A stretch of DNA of 64,000 bases from Herpetosiphon gulosus (lineage in GTDB: Bacteria > Chloroflexota > Chloroflexia > Chloroflexales > Herpetosiphonaceae). The notes under the pieces are model-generated. The model did no database searches, was not told the DNA's origin, and saw only the letters and a program-made list of their open reading frames with translations. Positions 47,324 to 57,404 of the stretch are shown in pieces; positions within the stretch are counted from its first letter, which is position 1, and each line of letters begins with the position of its first letter. A program made the translations under genes and the position numbers. The stretch is taken from NCBI RefSeq assembly GCF_039545135.1, contig NZ_BAABRU010000004.1, forward strand, positions 130,427-194,426, read 5' to 3'.

Positions 47324-48847
47324 CTATGGTGTGGGAATTCCACGATAGCTGTTGGTTCCGCCGCCAGTCGTGAAATACAACGTGCCATTAATCTCGCCAA
47401 TAATGCCCGAATAACGGGTTGCTGGCAAGTTATTGGGCATTTGTGCCCAAGTATTCGTAGCCGGATCATACACATAAATCGTGTTATGTCTGGTTCCGTT
47501 GGTGGTTTGGCCCGCAAAGACGAAAATTTTACCGCCAAGCGCCAAGGTCGAATGGCTAATATGGTTCAAGGCCAACGGAATATCGGCCATTTGTTCCCAT
47601 ATATTTGTGGCAGGATCGTAGCGATGCACATCGTTATCGACAGTTAAGCTACCATCGTGGCCATGCTGGCCGCCAATATAGTAGAGTTTGCCATCAAGCA
47701 CGACCCCACCAGCATGTTGACGTGGATTGGGCAACTCGGCATAGGTTAGTTGGTTAGTTTGGGTCACCCAGCCTGTCGCCAAATCATTCAAATCGAGCAC
47801 AAAATGCGTGCCAACATCAACCTGTTTGTAATAGGTTCCGCCAACATAATGCAATTTACGATCAAGATAATAAAGCTGGCCCGCCGCCCGTTGGATTGGA
47901 ATCACCGGCAAGTTGGTATAAGTATTGGTGGCGGTGTCGTAATAGCGCGAAACCCGTGAACCAAAAATCTGGCCAACTCCATCAAAATCTTCAATATAGC
48001 CACCAACCAAGAAAATCTTCTGGCCATCGGTAGCCGTGCCAACGTGGGTCAAACCGCGCTCCAAGGGGGCAATCGCTGTCCAGGTATTGGCCACTGGATC
48101 ATAGACATTCGACAAACGTGAGGGTGTATCGCCCGATAAACCAGGCTGCCCGAAGCCACCAAAGACATACAATTTACCGCCAACTACTGCGCCTTGTGCT
48201 TCAACCGCCGCAAAGGGATAACTAAATGGGGTTGGCACAGCAGTTGACCAAACAATCCGCGTAAAGTTGGGCGGTGTGGTTGGGGTCGCCGTACCCACAA
48301 TCGTGGTTGGGGTGGTGGTTGGTGGGCGTGGTGTTGCCGTAGCCGTGCTGGTCGGCGTTAATGTATTGGTTGGTGTACTCGTTGGTGTTGATGTATTGGT
48401 TGGGGTATTGGTCACGGTTGGCACAGCGGTTGGGGTGTTGGTCGCAGTTGGCACATCAGTTGGTGTGCTGGTCGCAGTTGGTACATCAGTCGATGTGCTT
48501 GTTGCCGTTGGCACGTCAGTTGGTGTGTTGGTTACTGTGGGAATATTCGTCGGCGTATTGGTTGCGGTTGGTACATCGGTTGGTGTGCTTGTTGCCGTTG
48601 GCACATCAGTTGGGGTAGTGCTCGATGTCGCAGTTGGCGAGAGCATCACGTTTGTTGCGGTTGCCGCAGTGGTTGGCATTGGCGTAATTTCATTAGAATT
48701 TTTCAAGGCCAACGGTAAAAACGTACAAGCGCTCGTTGTGCAATTAGGGTCATCCAATAGGCCAGTTGTGCGAGCTAAACTCAAGCCAGCACTCGCTAGA
48801 AGCAGCGTCAGGCTGATTGCGATTAATATCCATCGTCGGCGCTGCAT
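47324..48847 (-). CDS. Secreted Kelch-repeat beta-propeller protein with Thr/Pro-rich repetitive linker
   Basis: Signal peptide [25 protein letters not shown]. ([10 protein letters not shown])n linker. C-terminal Kelch blades ([27 protein letters not shown]). Confidence 0.8.
   Translation of the reverse strand: MQRRRWILIAISLTLLLASAGLSLARTTGLLDDPNCTTSACTFLPLALKNSNEITPMPTTAATATNVMLSPTATSSTTPTDVPTATSTPTDVPTATNTPTNIPTVTNTPTDVPTATSTSTDVPTATSTPTDVPTATNTPTAVPTVTNTPTNTSTPTSTPTNTLTPTSTATATPRPPTTTPTTIVGTATPTTPPNFTRIVWSTAVPTPFSYPFAAVEAQGAVVGGKLYVFGGFGQPGLSGDTPSRLSNVYDPVANTWTAIAPLERGLTHVGTATDGQKIFLVGGYIEDFDGVGQIFGSRVSRYYDTATNTYTNLPVIPIQRAAGQLYYLDRKLHYVGGTYYKQVDVGTHFVLDLNDLATGWVTQTNQLTYAELPNPRQHAGGVVLDGKLYYIGGQHGHDGSLTVDNDVHRYDPATNIWEQMADIPLALNHISHSTLALGGKIFVFAGQTTNGTRHNTIYVYDPATNTWAQMPNNLPATRYSGIIGEINGTLYFTTGGGTNSYRGIPTP
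48340..48640. repeat. About 30-bp tandem repeat array (roughly 10 units) within the Kelch gene linker
   Basis: gttggcacatcagttggtgtgctggtcgca-like units repeated. They encode [10 protein letters not shown]-type decapeptides. The plus-strand ORF 48267..48917 is an antisense artefact of this array. Confidence 0.85.
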
Positions 48848-48869
48848 GCAATGTTCTCCATATATGTTG

Positions 48870-49070
48870 GATGAGGGGTCAGGGGCTAGATTTAACGCAG
48901 AGGGTAATAGGGGCTAGGGTTTAGGGGTCAGGGGCCAGAGACAAATACTCTCGTCCATGAAACCTGATCCCTCGGACTTTGTGCGCTTCGTACCCTTCGT
49001 GGATCAACCTTAGCTTAGCCCCTGAACCCTCGCCCCTGAACCCTGACCACTCGCCCCTGCATCCTATTTC
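48870..49070. repeat. Composite intergenic repeats (families B and C)
   Basis: tttaacgcagagggtaatagg, gtgcgcttcgtacccttcgtggatcaacc, and gcccctgaaccctcgcccctgaaccctgacc. Confidence 0.6.
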
Positions 49071-49483
49071 GCTTTGAAAATCCGTAAGCGCAAACTTGTG
49101 CCTGTGCCCGAGCTTTGCACCTCGTATTGATCAACCAACTCGCTGATGAGATAGGAGCCGAAGCCACGTAACATGCCCGCTTCGAGATTATCTTCCTCGA
49201 CCACTCGCCGCTCGGTATTAAAATGCTCAATGCCTTTGCCATGATCAATAATTTCGACTTCTAATTGATCGGCGTGCAACGAGAAAATAACTTCGACTGA
49301 GCCAGCTACACCGCCACCGCCGCCATGCTCGATAGCATTGGTTACTGCTTCGCTCACCGCCAGTTTCAAATCTTCAACGCGCTCACGTGGAAAGCCCATT
49401 GTGCTACCGAGTTCGGCAGCACTGGCTCGCACAACCCGCTCAAAGACCAAATCCGATGGAATGTTGAGGTGAATCCGATTCAT
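49064..49483 (-). CDS. Anti-sigma regulatory factor, RsbW/SpoIIAB-type Ser-protein kinase (HATPase_c)
   Basis: 139 aa. N-box VSEAVTNAIEHGG and G-box IIDHGKGI. Coupled (ATGA-like overlap) to the upstream TPR gene. Confidence 0.8.
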   Translation of the reverse strand: MNRIHLNIPSDLVFERVVRASAAELGSTMGFPRERVEDLKLAVSEAVTNAIEHGGGGGVAGSVEVIFSLHADQLEVEIIDHGKGIEHFNTERRVVEEDNLEAGMLRGFGSYLISELVDQYEVQSSGTGTSLRLRIFKAK

Positions 49484-51036
49484 CGCGAACCTCCACGAGC
49501 CATTGCCCGGCCCTTTTGTGGTAATTGTTCCTGTTGGTTGATCAGATGTTCATAGCGGCGCAGGTAGGCCTTACCCAAAGAACTGTTGCCAACTTGGAGA
49601 TAACATGCCCCTAAATAGTAGAGCGCTTGGGTATGACGTGGGTTGCGGCGCAGCACTTTTTCAAATAACGGTATCGCTTGGGCTGGTTCTAACATTTCTT
49701 TATAACATGTGCCCAGCATAAAGGTAGTTTCAATATCATCGGGCCAATGCATCAGCACATGGCTAAATTCGCGCGAAGCCAAATCGTAGCGGCGGCGGCG
49801 GGTGTACATATAGCCCAAATCGTAGCGCAATGAATGGGCATGCGGCGCTAACTCGACTGCTTTGCGCCACGCCGCCAAGGCCCAACTTTCATGGCCCAAT
49901 ACCGTGTACATAAACCCCAACAAATAGTAGGCATTGGGATCTTTGGGCAAAAGTTGTACCGCGCGTTCAAAAGCACGCATGGCGGCGTGATGTTTCTCTA
50001 AATCATAGAGCAATTTGCCCATTTGCAAGAACACTTGACCATCGTTAGGACGCAACTTGGCCGTGCTATACAAATGGTTATAGGCCTCACGATGCTTGCC
50101 TTGAAAGCGTAAAATTGCACTGATCCGCAGCCGTGCATCAACATAGTAGCGATCTTGCGGTGGAATTCGGCCATATTCTTGCAAGGCTAATTCCCAACGC
50201 CGCGCCCGAGCCAATAAATTGCCCAACAAATAGCGGGCGCGATGCTCGGTTGGCCGCCATTTCAGCAAGGCCTCGTAAATTCGCTTGGCATCTTCATCAT
50301 AACCTTGGGCTTTGAGGTCGTCACTCAAACGATAGTACCAATTGGCAACCTCTTGCTCGGATTTGCTGACCAGCACTTCATCGGGGCCAACGCTGGGCGA
50401 GATAAAGGTTGGTTCAACTCGCAGCGCCTCGGCAAAACAGCGCTGAGCCAATTCGTGAGCACCATGGGCTTGGTGCATCAAACCCATGTAATACAAAGGC
50501 TCGCCAGCGTAAGGCCGCAATTCACGGGCCGAGGTAAAGTGAATATAGGCGCGGCCAGCATCATCGAGCATTTGATAGGCACGACCAAGCGCAAAATGGG
50601 CCTCGTACAAGCCATTATTATGCTCAAGGGCTTCTTTGAATGCACCGATTGCCCGATCAATCTGGCGCATCGCGCCGAAGGCCACACCTAAATTGTAGTG
50701 GGCTTCAGCTAATTGCGGGTCGGTTTGTACCGATTCCAAATATTCGCGCTGAGCAGTTGGCCAATCATCTTGAAAAGCACAAGCATTGCCAATATACAGA
50801 TAAATAATCGCCCGTTCGCGATCGTAGATTTGCGATTTCTCATCGCCTTCAACATAGGCAGCGATTAATGCAGTTTTAAAATGCTCGATTGCATCAGGAT
50901 AATTGGCGGCCAAATAGGCTTTGATCCCGCGCCCAAACGCAGCACCCAAGCGCGTTCCAGCCATAAAACGCTCGCTCCCAGCAAAGGTATCGAGGTCCAG
51001 CGGCATTACATTCAAAGTGTCAACATTGGTAGTCAT
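49480..51036 (-). CDS. TPR repeat protein
   Basis: 518 aa. At least 10 TPR-like units (repeated AxxYxxLGxxYxxxGxxxxAxxxFxxAL pattern). Confidence 0.75.
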   Translation of the reverse strand: MTTNVDTLNVMPLDLDTFAGSERFMAGTRLGAAFGRGIKAYLAANYPDAIEHFKTALIAAYVEGDEKSQIYDRERAIIYLYIGNACAFQDDWPTAQREYLESVQTDPQLAEAHYNLGVAFGAMRQIDRAIGAFKEALEHNNGLYEAHFALGRAYQMLDDAGRAYIHFTSARELRPYAGEPLYYMGLMHQAHGAHELAQRCFAEALRVEPTFISPSVGPDEVLVSKSEQEVANWYYRLSDDLKAQGYDEDAKRIYEALLKWRPTEHRARYLLGNLLARARRWELALQEYGRIPPQDRYYVDARLRISAILRFQGKHREAYNHLYSTAKLRPNDGQVFLQMGKLLYDLEKHHAAMRAFERAVQLLPKDPNAYYLLGFMYTVLGHESWALAAWRKAVELAPHAHSLRYDLGYMYTRRRRYDLASREFSHVLMHWPDDIETTFMLGTCYKEMLEPAQAIPLFEKVLRRNPRHTQALYYLGACYLQVGNSSLGKAYLRRYEHLINQQEQLPQKGRAMARGGSR

Positions 51037-51046
51037 AACAGTTCCC

Positions 51047-52141
51047 TTAGGACGATCCTTTGGTGGATTGAAGCAAGCGATATTCTTCGATCACTGGGCG
51101 CAATTGCGCTTGGAGTTCACGGGCAATCCCACGGCCAAATTGGCTGGATACCATTTCATTCAGCGGGCGCAACAATTCTAAACATTGGTCGGGTGTACGG
51201 GTTGTGCCCACCAAACTCAAGGCTTGCCACCACTCGTCAGCTGTGATTGGCCCAACCACATCGGCCACGATGCTATGCATTTCATCGAGCAAGTTTGCCA
51301 AGCGCCGCCGGACTAGCACCATCGTCACATCATCGTGTTTAAGCTGGCCTTGAGTCCATGCCCGAACTTCGCTGAGCACGCGGGCCATCAAGGCGCGAGG
51401 CTTGAGATGGCCAACTGCTTGTAATAGGCTTTGAAAGCGTGGGTAGCCATACAATACTTGGTGTTCATTGGTCGCTTCAACAATGCCATCAGTGTACAAC
51501 ATGACCGAATCGCCATAGTTCAGTTGTAAGATGGATTCACTATAACAATCAATTTCCATAACCCCAAGCGGCACACCTGACGTTTCGATTTCAATCACTT
51601 GATTATTGATCACAATCAGATAATTGTGACCAGCATTCGCCAAGTGCATCATGCCCGTTTGCGGGTCGATTAAGGCATACAGCATCGTAACCATGCCTTG
51701 GGGCATTTCTTCGATCAAAATATTATTCACGGCTGCTAAGGTTTGGCCTGGTGATTGGCCGCGCCGCACTTCAGCCCGAAATACCGTTCGCGCCACCGCC
51801 ATCCGCAATGCTGCGGGTAAGCCTTTGCCGCTGACATCGCCAATCATAATGCCCTGGGTACCATTGACCGCCAGAAAATCGTAGAGGTCGCCGCCAAGCT
51901 CACGCGCTGGCAATGAGACCGCGCTCATTTCCCAGCCAGGCAGACGTGGCACGGTTTCGAGCATCAAGCCCTGTTGCAAATCGCGTGCCAATTGCAAATC
52001 TTGTTCCAACTCAGCTTGGCGTTGGTCGATCACTGGCGCTGCGGGCGGCGTTGGCACTGGTGGCTCAAGCGCAACCGCCACACGACCTTGGGCGCGGTGA
52101 CTGAGCAGTGAACTATAGATTGCTGATTGTGCTTTTTGCAT
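51047..52141 (-). CDS. PP2C-type (SpoIIE/RsbU-like) Ser/Thr phosphatase
   Basis: GGDLYDF and GDVSGKGLPAALRMA metal-binding motifs, plus a C-terminal HDDVTMVLVRR motif. Confidence 0.85.
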   Translation of the reverse strand: MQKAQSAIYSSLLSHRAQGRVAVALEPPVPTPPAAPVIDQRQAELEQDLQLARDLQQGLMLETVPRLPGWEMSAVSLPARELGGDLYDFLAVNGTQGIMIGDVSGKGLPAALRMAVARTVFRAEVRRGQSPGQTLAAVNNILIEEMPQGMVTMLYALIDPQTGMMHLANAGHNYLIVINNQVIEIETSGVPLGVMEIDCYSESILQLNYGDSVMLYTDGIVEATNEHQVLYGYPRFQSLLQAVGHLKPRALMARVLSEVRAWTQGQLKHDDVTMVLVRRRLANLLDEMHSIVADVVGPITADEWWQALSLVGTTRTPDQCLELLRPLNEMVSSQFGRGIARELQAQLRPVIEEYRLLQSTKGSS

Positions 52142-52145
52142 AGTT

Positions 52146-53606
52146 TTAGAATGTTCCTTGGCTGGCTTCTAATCCGCCAATCCAGCGTTCACAAGCAGAA
52201 CGCAACCACCCCACGGCGATTCCATCGATTACGGTGCTACTTGAATGGTGCGCCAATTTGCGCAAGGCATGTTGATAATAACGTAAGGCGGCGGTTGACC
52301 GCCCTTGATGGCGATAACTTTCAGCTAAATGAAAGGCAATCGTCGGCGAATCAGGCACCAAATAGCTGGCTCGCTCAAGATAATTGATCGCTTTATCCCA
52401 TGCGCCTTGGTTGAGTTCGATCATCCCCAGCACCACATAGGCAGCATCTTGTAGCACATCAAGCTCTAAAGCACGCCGCGCCTCAGCCGCCGCTTGCTCA
52501 TGTTGGCCAAGATCGGCGTGTAGTTGTGCGGCTAAAGCCAAAATTGCTGGCTGGCGTTGGTTGGGTGCAATACTCGCCAACAGGCTTAATCCACGTCGCT
52601 GCTGACCTTGACCGCGCAATTTCCGTGCTTCATCCAATAAGCTCGTCACATCGGGCGGCTTACTTGGGCTAGCTGGCGCTAATGGCCGTGTGCTTGGGCG
52701 GGGCCGCGCTAGTGCTGGTTCGGCTGGCTTATTCAGCGGCTTGGTAATTGGCCGTTCGCTCAAGTTGGGGCGTGGTTTGGGCTGACCATCGCCTTTACGA
52801 TAGATAAATGCCCCAGCTACCTCGACCGTTTCAAAGCGATCAAAAATGCCCCACAGCGATTCGGAAAAGCCCAAGAGCAAATAGCCACCAACCGCCATCG
52901 CCGCATAAATCCGTTCGATCAATTGGCGACATGTTTCCAGCTGAAAATAGATCGTGACATTCTGGCAAAATACCACATCAAGCTGATAGGCCCAATGTGG
53001 TAGGGCATCGAGCAAATTGTGCTGCTCAAATTGTACCAAGGATCGCACGGCTTCGCTGACGCGCAAGGCTCCGTTGGCTTGCTGCTCAAACCATTGTCTG
53101 TAGTCGGCTTGCACATTGGCCAGCGAACGCCCACGATACTCGGCGGTGATCGCTCGCTCCAAGGGCACATTGCTCAAATCGGTGGCCCAAATCGAAATCG
53201 GGCGGCTCGGCGGATTGCCCCATTGCTGCAAGCCAACCATGGCCATACTATAGGGTTCCTCGCCAGTTGAGCAGCCAGCACTCCAACAACGCAATGGCCG
53301 CAAGGGCGAACGCGAACGCTGCAATTCAGGAAAAATATGCTCACGCAACGCCCGAAAATGAGCTGGGTTACGAAAAAACTGGGTCTCGTGATTGGCCAAG
53401 CGTTCGGCCAACCATTGCAACTCGCTGCCATTGGTCGGGTCTTGAATCCGCAATGTATAGGCAGCGGGGCTAATCTGCAACTGCCGATAACGCTCCTGAA
53501 CCAGCATGCGGCCTTGGCGCATACGACTATCATCGAGATATAAGCCAGCCCGTTGAGCTAGATAATCGCGGATGATCATCCACTGTTCAGTGCTCAACTC
53601 GCTCAT
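52146..53606 (-). CDS. cheR: CheR-type chemoreceptor methyltransferase fused to C-terminal TPR repeats
   Basis: FFRNPAHFRALREHIFPEL and WSAGCSTGEEPYSMAM SAM-methyltransferase motifs. The C-terminal 200 aa have TPR units. Confidence 0.85.
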   Translation of the reverse strand: MSELSTEQWMIIRDYLAQRAGLYLDDSRMRQGRMLVQERYRQLQISPAAYTLRIQDPTNGSELQWLAERLANHETQFFRNPAHFRALREHIFPELQRSRSPLRPLRCWSAGCSTGEEPYSMAMVGLQQWGNPPSRPISIWATDLSNVPLERAITAEYRGRSLANVQADYRQWFEQQANGALRVSEAVRSLVQFEQHNLLDALPHWAYQLDVVFCQNVTIYFQLETCRQLIERIYAAMAVGGYLLLGFSESLWGIFDRFETVEVAGAFIYRKGDGQPKPRPNLSERPITKPLNKPAEPALARPRPSTRPLAPASPSKPPDVTSLLDEARKLRGQGQQRRGLSLLASIAPNQRQPAILALAAQLHADLGQHEQAAAEARRALELDVLQDAAYVVLGMIELNQGAWDKAINYLERASYLVPDSPTIAFHLAESYRHQGRSTAALRYYQHALRKLAHHSSSTVIDGIAVGWLRSACERWIGGLEASQGTF

Positions 53607-54685
53607 CGACGTTCAGTTTCGCTGAGCAACGCCACCAACCGTGGCGCAATCAGATCAGCAGCTAAAAATTCCATGGCAGCCCCAGCTTCCTCTGCCGCCC
53701 GTGGCATGCCCCAAATCGCGCTAGTGGCTCGATCTTGGGCGATAGTGCGTGCCCCAGATCGGCGTAAAGCCAACAAGCCTTGGGCTCCATCGCGGCCCAT
53801 ACCTGTCAACAAGACCCCAATCGTCTGTTTGGGCAAGACTTTGGCAGCTGATTGCATCGTCACATCGACCGATGGATAGAGCAAATTATCGGGTTCGGTT
53901 TCCAAATGCACCGTCCAGTTAGCATCAACCCGCAAATGGTGGGTATCGGGCGCAACATAGACATGGCCATTTTTCAAGCTGCCACGATGTTGAGCCAATT
54001 CCACCGTCAAGGGCGAATGATTGTCCAACCAGTCTACCATTGTACCAACAAATCCCTCGGCGATGTGCTGCACAATGATAATGCTTGCGGGGATGCTCGC
54101 AGGCAGGCTATGCAGGAGTTTGTATAACACACGCGGGCCGCCAGTTGAAGCCCCAACCACAATTAGCCAGCGTTGGCTTGGTGGGCTAGCCGAGGCCAAT
54201 AACAAGGGAATATTGGTTTCGGTGGTTGGCGATTTGCGCCGCCGCCCGCGCAGGTGGGTCACAACTTTAACCCGTGAAAGCACCTTGACCCGATCCAACA
54301 GCCGCATGCGATTGGCTTCGCCTTGGGCTAAGGTCAGGTCGGTAGGTTTTTCCCAAACTTCCAAGGCTCCAGCGTTGAGCATTTGAAAGGTTAAATTGCG
54401 ATCATGGCGAGTCAGTGATGAGGTGATCACCAAAATTGGCGTAGGATGATAGGCCATAATTTCTTCGGTGGCCTGCAAACCATCCATCACCGGCATGCGC
54501 ACATCCATTGTGATAATATCCGGCTGCAATGCTGCCACCAATTGCACCGCCTCACGGCCATCACGGGCCTCGCCAACCACCTGAATCGTTGGATCACTGG
54601 CTAAAATAGTGCTGATGACTCGGCGCGAAACCGCCGAGTCATCGACAACTAACACTCGAATTGGTGCAAGCGGCCCTGTCATCAT
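53603..54685 (-). CDS. cheB: Chemotaxis response regulator protein-glutamate methylesterase CheB
   Basis: N-terminal REC (IRVLVVDDSAVSRRVI). C-terminal methylesterase with GASTGGP and a catalytic His context. Confidence 0.88.
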   Translation of the reverse strand: MMTGPLAPIRVLVVDDSAVSRRVISTILASDPTIQVVGEARDGREAVQLVAALQPDIITMDVRMPVMDGLQATEEIMAYHPTPILVITSSLTRHDRNLTFQMLNAGALEVWEKPTDLTLAQGEANRMRLLDRVKVLSRVKVVTHLRGRRRKSPTTETNIPLLLASASPPSQRWLIVVGASTGGPRVLYKLLHSLPASIPASIIIVQHIAEGFVGTMVDWLDNHSPLTVELAQHRGSLKNGHVYVAPDTHHLRVDANWTVHLETEPDNLLYPSVDVTMQSAAKVLPKQTIGVLLTGMGRDGAQGLLALRRSGARTIAQDRATSAIWGMPRAAEEAGAAMEFLAADLIAPRLVALLSETERR

Positions 54686-55044
54686 TACATACCCAACAAC
54701 AGTTTGACTCGATTGGGCAAATCGAGCAAATCAAGATCTTTGTTGAGATAATCGTCAACTCCAGCTTCAAAACCGGCCCGTTTGTCATCCATCGAAGTCA
54801 ACATGATAATCGGCAGTTCTTCGAATAAAGGATTGGCACGTAACTGACGGCAAACCTCATAGCCATCAATCCCAGGCATCTGCACATCCAACACCACCAA
54901 ATCGGGCGTGAGATCGCCGATTTTTTGCAGCGCTTCCTCGCCGCTATAGGCCAAATCGACAGCATAGCCATACATTTCCAGCCGCATTTTGACAATATCG
55001 GTAACCAGTTTGCTATCGTCAACAACTAAGATACGTTCACTCAT
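54685..55044 (-). CDS. cheY: CheY-like single-domain response regulator
   Basis: 119 aa. ILVVDDSKLVTDIV, acceptor Asp in VVLDVQMPGIDG, and conserved T and K residues. Confidence 0.85.
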   Translation of the reverse strand: MSERILVVDDSKLVTDIVKMRLEMYGYAVDLAYSGEEALQKIGDLTPDLVVLDVQMPGIDGYEVCRQLRANPLFEELPIIMLTSMDDKRAGFEAGVDDYLNKDLDLLDLPNRVKLLLGM

Positions 55045-55091
55045 TGAAAAACTCCTCGCAGGGGAATATAGGCCTTCAGGGCTGCGCTACT

Positions 55092-57389
55092 TTAGCGGCC
55101 AAGTAATTGATGAATCGTTTCGAGCAAGTTGCTTTGATCAAACTGGCTTTTGACGATATAGGCTTGTGCCCCAGCCAACAAGCCTTCGCGTCGATCGCTA
55201 TCGCGGGCCAAGCTGGTGATAATGATAATTGGCAGTTGGCGCAAACGTTCATGGGCACGCACACGGCGGGTTAGCTCAAAGCCAGTTAGCAACGGCATTT
55301 CAACATCGCTTACCAGCAGATCGTAGGAATTGTGATTGAGCTTGTCAAGCGCATCTTGGCCGTTAATTGCGGTTTCAACCACATAGCCCGCCGATTGCAG
55401 CATTGAGCGTAGTAGTTCGCGGGTGGTAAATGAATCTTCCGCAACCAATAATTTGGCAGGCTGGAGCTTGGTTGGCGCTGGCAAGGCGACTGGTTTGCCC
55501 CATTCACGCGCCCGCGCCGCAATCGCCAAGGGATTGAGCACCAACACCAAACGCCCATCAGGCAGGGCAATCGCGCCAGTGCATAATCGCTGTTCATGCA
55601 ACAATGCGCCCAATGATTTAACCACGACCTCACGTTCATCGACCAATTTATCGACCAATAAGGCCAATGGGCGATTAGCTGGTCCCAAAATCACCAAGTT
55701 GGAAATATCCGATGGTTGCGGCAAGGGGCCACGCTGCTCAAGCAAGGGCGCAAGCGCTACAATGCTCACGCTGCGCTCATCGACCCGCACGGTTGGCCGC
55801 CCTTCGACGGTCTGAATTTGCCCGCCAGCAACCCGCCGTCCACCTAAACAAGCGGTCGAAGGCAAAGCATAGGTTGTGCCAGCCACATCAAACAATAACA
55901 CGCGGGTGGTCAACAAAGTAATTGGCAAAATTAGCGTAAATGTTGTGCCTTGGCCGAGCACCGAATGCACATCAACCCGCCCGCCAACCTCGGTCACTGC
56001 TGCCCGAACCACATCCATGCCCACGCCACGGCCTGAAACATCGGTGATGATTGCGCTGGTGGAAAAACCAGGCTGCCAGATTAACTCCAAAGCTTCTTCA
56101 TCACGCAAGCGAGCCGCCGCATCAGCCTCGATAATTCCGCGTTTAATCGCGGTTGCCCGAATTACCGCTGGATCGATCCCACGGCCATCGTCACTGATGA
56201 TGATTTCAATCGTGCCGCCCAACGAGCGAGCTTCTAGCCGTAAAGTGGCTTCAGCAGGCTTTTTGGCTTTAACCCGATCATCGGGATTTTCGATGCCATG
56301 ATCAAGTGCGTTGCGCACTAAATGTACCAACGGATCAGCCATTAACTCAATCACTTTGCGGTCGGCCTCGGTGGTTTCGCCTTCGGTGATTAAGTTAACT
56401 TCTTTGCCCAACGAACGAGCCAGCTCGCGCACGGCACGCGGAATTGGCGCAAATAAACCAGCAACTGGTTGCAAACGGGTCGCCATCACCTCGGCTTCAA
56501 GTTCATCGACCAAGGCCTCGCTGGCAGCGCTATGGCTGCTCCAACGCTCGGTTAGCAAACGCAACTGATTGCGAGTCGATTGGGCTAAATTTTGCAATTG
56601 GCTGGCCAATTCGCTGGCCTCGCGCCGTTGCTGAAAGGTCACACGTTGGCCAGTCAAGCGTTCGCTCAATTGTTGGCTCAGACGCTCACTTTTGGTCAAT
56701 AATTTATCCAAAGCCTCAAGATCAGCGACATGCTCAAGGTGCAATTGGCGGGTCACTACCAACTCACCCGCCGTATTCAACAAGCGATCTAAGCGCGAAA
56801 TTGGCACACGCACCGTCGAACGGGTACTACTCACGGGCTTGGGGGCTTCGGCTGCGGCTGATTTTTTGGGTTTAGGCTTAGCAACCACTGGTTCAGACTT
56901 AGGTTGCTCAAGCACCACTGGCGCTGGCGCTGGTTCTGGTTCGGCCACAGGCGCGACAATTGGCGCAGCTTTGGGTGTTGCTGGAGCCGCAGGCAACGTT
57001 TCGCCAGCCGCCAAGGCATTCAATTGCTCCACCAACTGATCAACGTTGGGATCGGTTGGCGGTGGCTCATTAACTTGGGAATTCAGCACTAGCAGCACAT
57101 CAGCACTGGACAGCAGCACATCGTTAATGCTCGAATTCATGGCCAACATGCCACTGCGCAAGGCTGAAAGCAAACTTTCCATGGTATGCGCCAGACGACC
57201 CATATCAACTTGGCCCAGCATGCGAGCCGAGCCTTTGATCGTATGCGCCGCCCGAAAAATCGTATCAATCGCTTCGCGATCGCCTGGGTTTGACTCCAAG
57301 GCCAATAAGCCTGTGGTCAAGGCCCGCACATTCTCTTCAGTTTCTTCGCGAAACTGGCCAAAAAATGCTGATAAATCAAAACCGCCCAT
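55092..57389 (-). CDS. cheA: Hybrid CheA histidine kinase (HPt, dimerisation, HATPase, CheW-like, C-terminal REC)
   Basis: HPt motif FRAAHTIKGSARMLG. HATPase N/G boxes (VRNALDHGIE, DDGRGID, GRGVGMDVV). A CheW-like domain and a terminal REC (LLVAEDSFTTRELL). 765 aa. Confidence 0.88.
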   Translation of the reverse strand: MGGFDLSAFFGQFREETEENVRALTTGLLALESNPGDREAIDTIFRAAHTIKGSARMLGQVDMGRLAHTMESLLSALRSGMLAMNSSINDVLLSSADVLLVLNSQVNEPPPTDPNVDQLVEQLNALAAGETLPAAPATPKAAPIVAPVAEPEPAPAPVVLEQPKSEPVVAKPKPKKSAAAEAPKPVSSTRSTVRVPISRLDRLLNTAGELVVTRQLHLEHVADLEALDKLLTKSERLSQQLSERLTGQRVTFQQRREASELASQLQNLAQSTRNQLRLLTERWSSHSAASEALVDELEAEVMATRLQPVAGLFAPIPRAVRELARSLGKEVNLITEGETTEADRKVIELMADPLVHLVRNALDHGIENPDDRVKAKKPAEATLRLEARSLGGTIEIIISDDGRGIDPAVIRATAIKRGIIEADAAARLRDEEALELIWQPGFSTSAIITDVSGRGVGMDVVRAAVTEVGGRVDVHSVLGQGTTFTLILPITLLTTRVLLFDVAGTTYALPSTACLGGRRVAGGQIQTVEGRPTVRVDERSVSIVALAPLLEQRGPLPQPSDISNLVILGPANRPLALLVDKLVDEREVVVKSLGALLHEQRLCTGAIALPDGRLVLVLNPLAIAARAREWGKPVALPAPTKLQPAKLLVAEDSFTTRELLRSMLQSAGYVVETAINGQDALDKLNHNSYDLLVSDVEMPLLTGFELTRRVRAHERLRQLPIIIITSLARDSDRREGLLAGAQAYIVKSQFDQSNLLETIHQLLGR

Positions 57390-57404
57390 GCGATAGCTCC
57401 TCGC

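Noticed and set aside
48340-48640. Regularly spaced 30-bp repeats (CRISPR-like appearance)
   Set aside because: The units are contiguous, with no unique spacers, and they are in-frame coding sequence of the Kelch linker. No cas genes are nearby.
48267-48917. 216-aa plus-strand ORF ([12 protein letters not shown] repeats)
   Set aside because: It is antisense to the Kelch gene and exactly coincident with its 30-bp tandem repeat array. The low-complexity translation is typical of a repeat-driven artefact.
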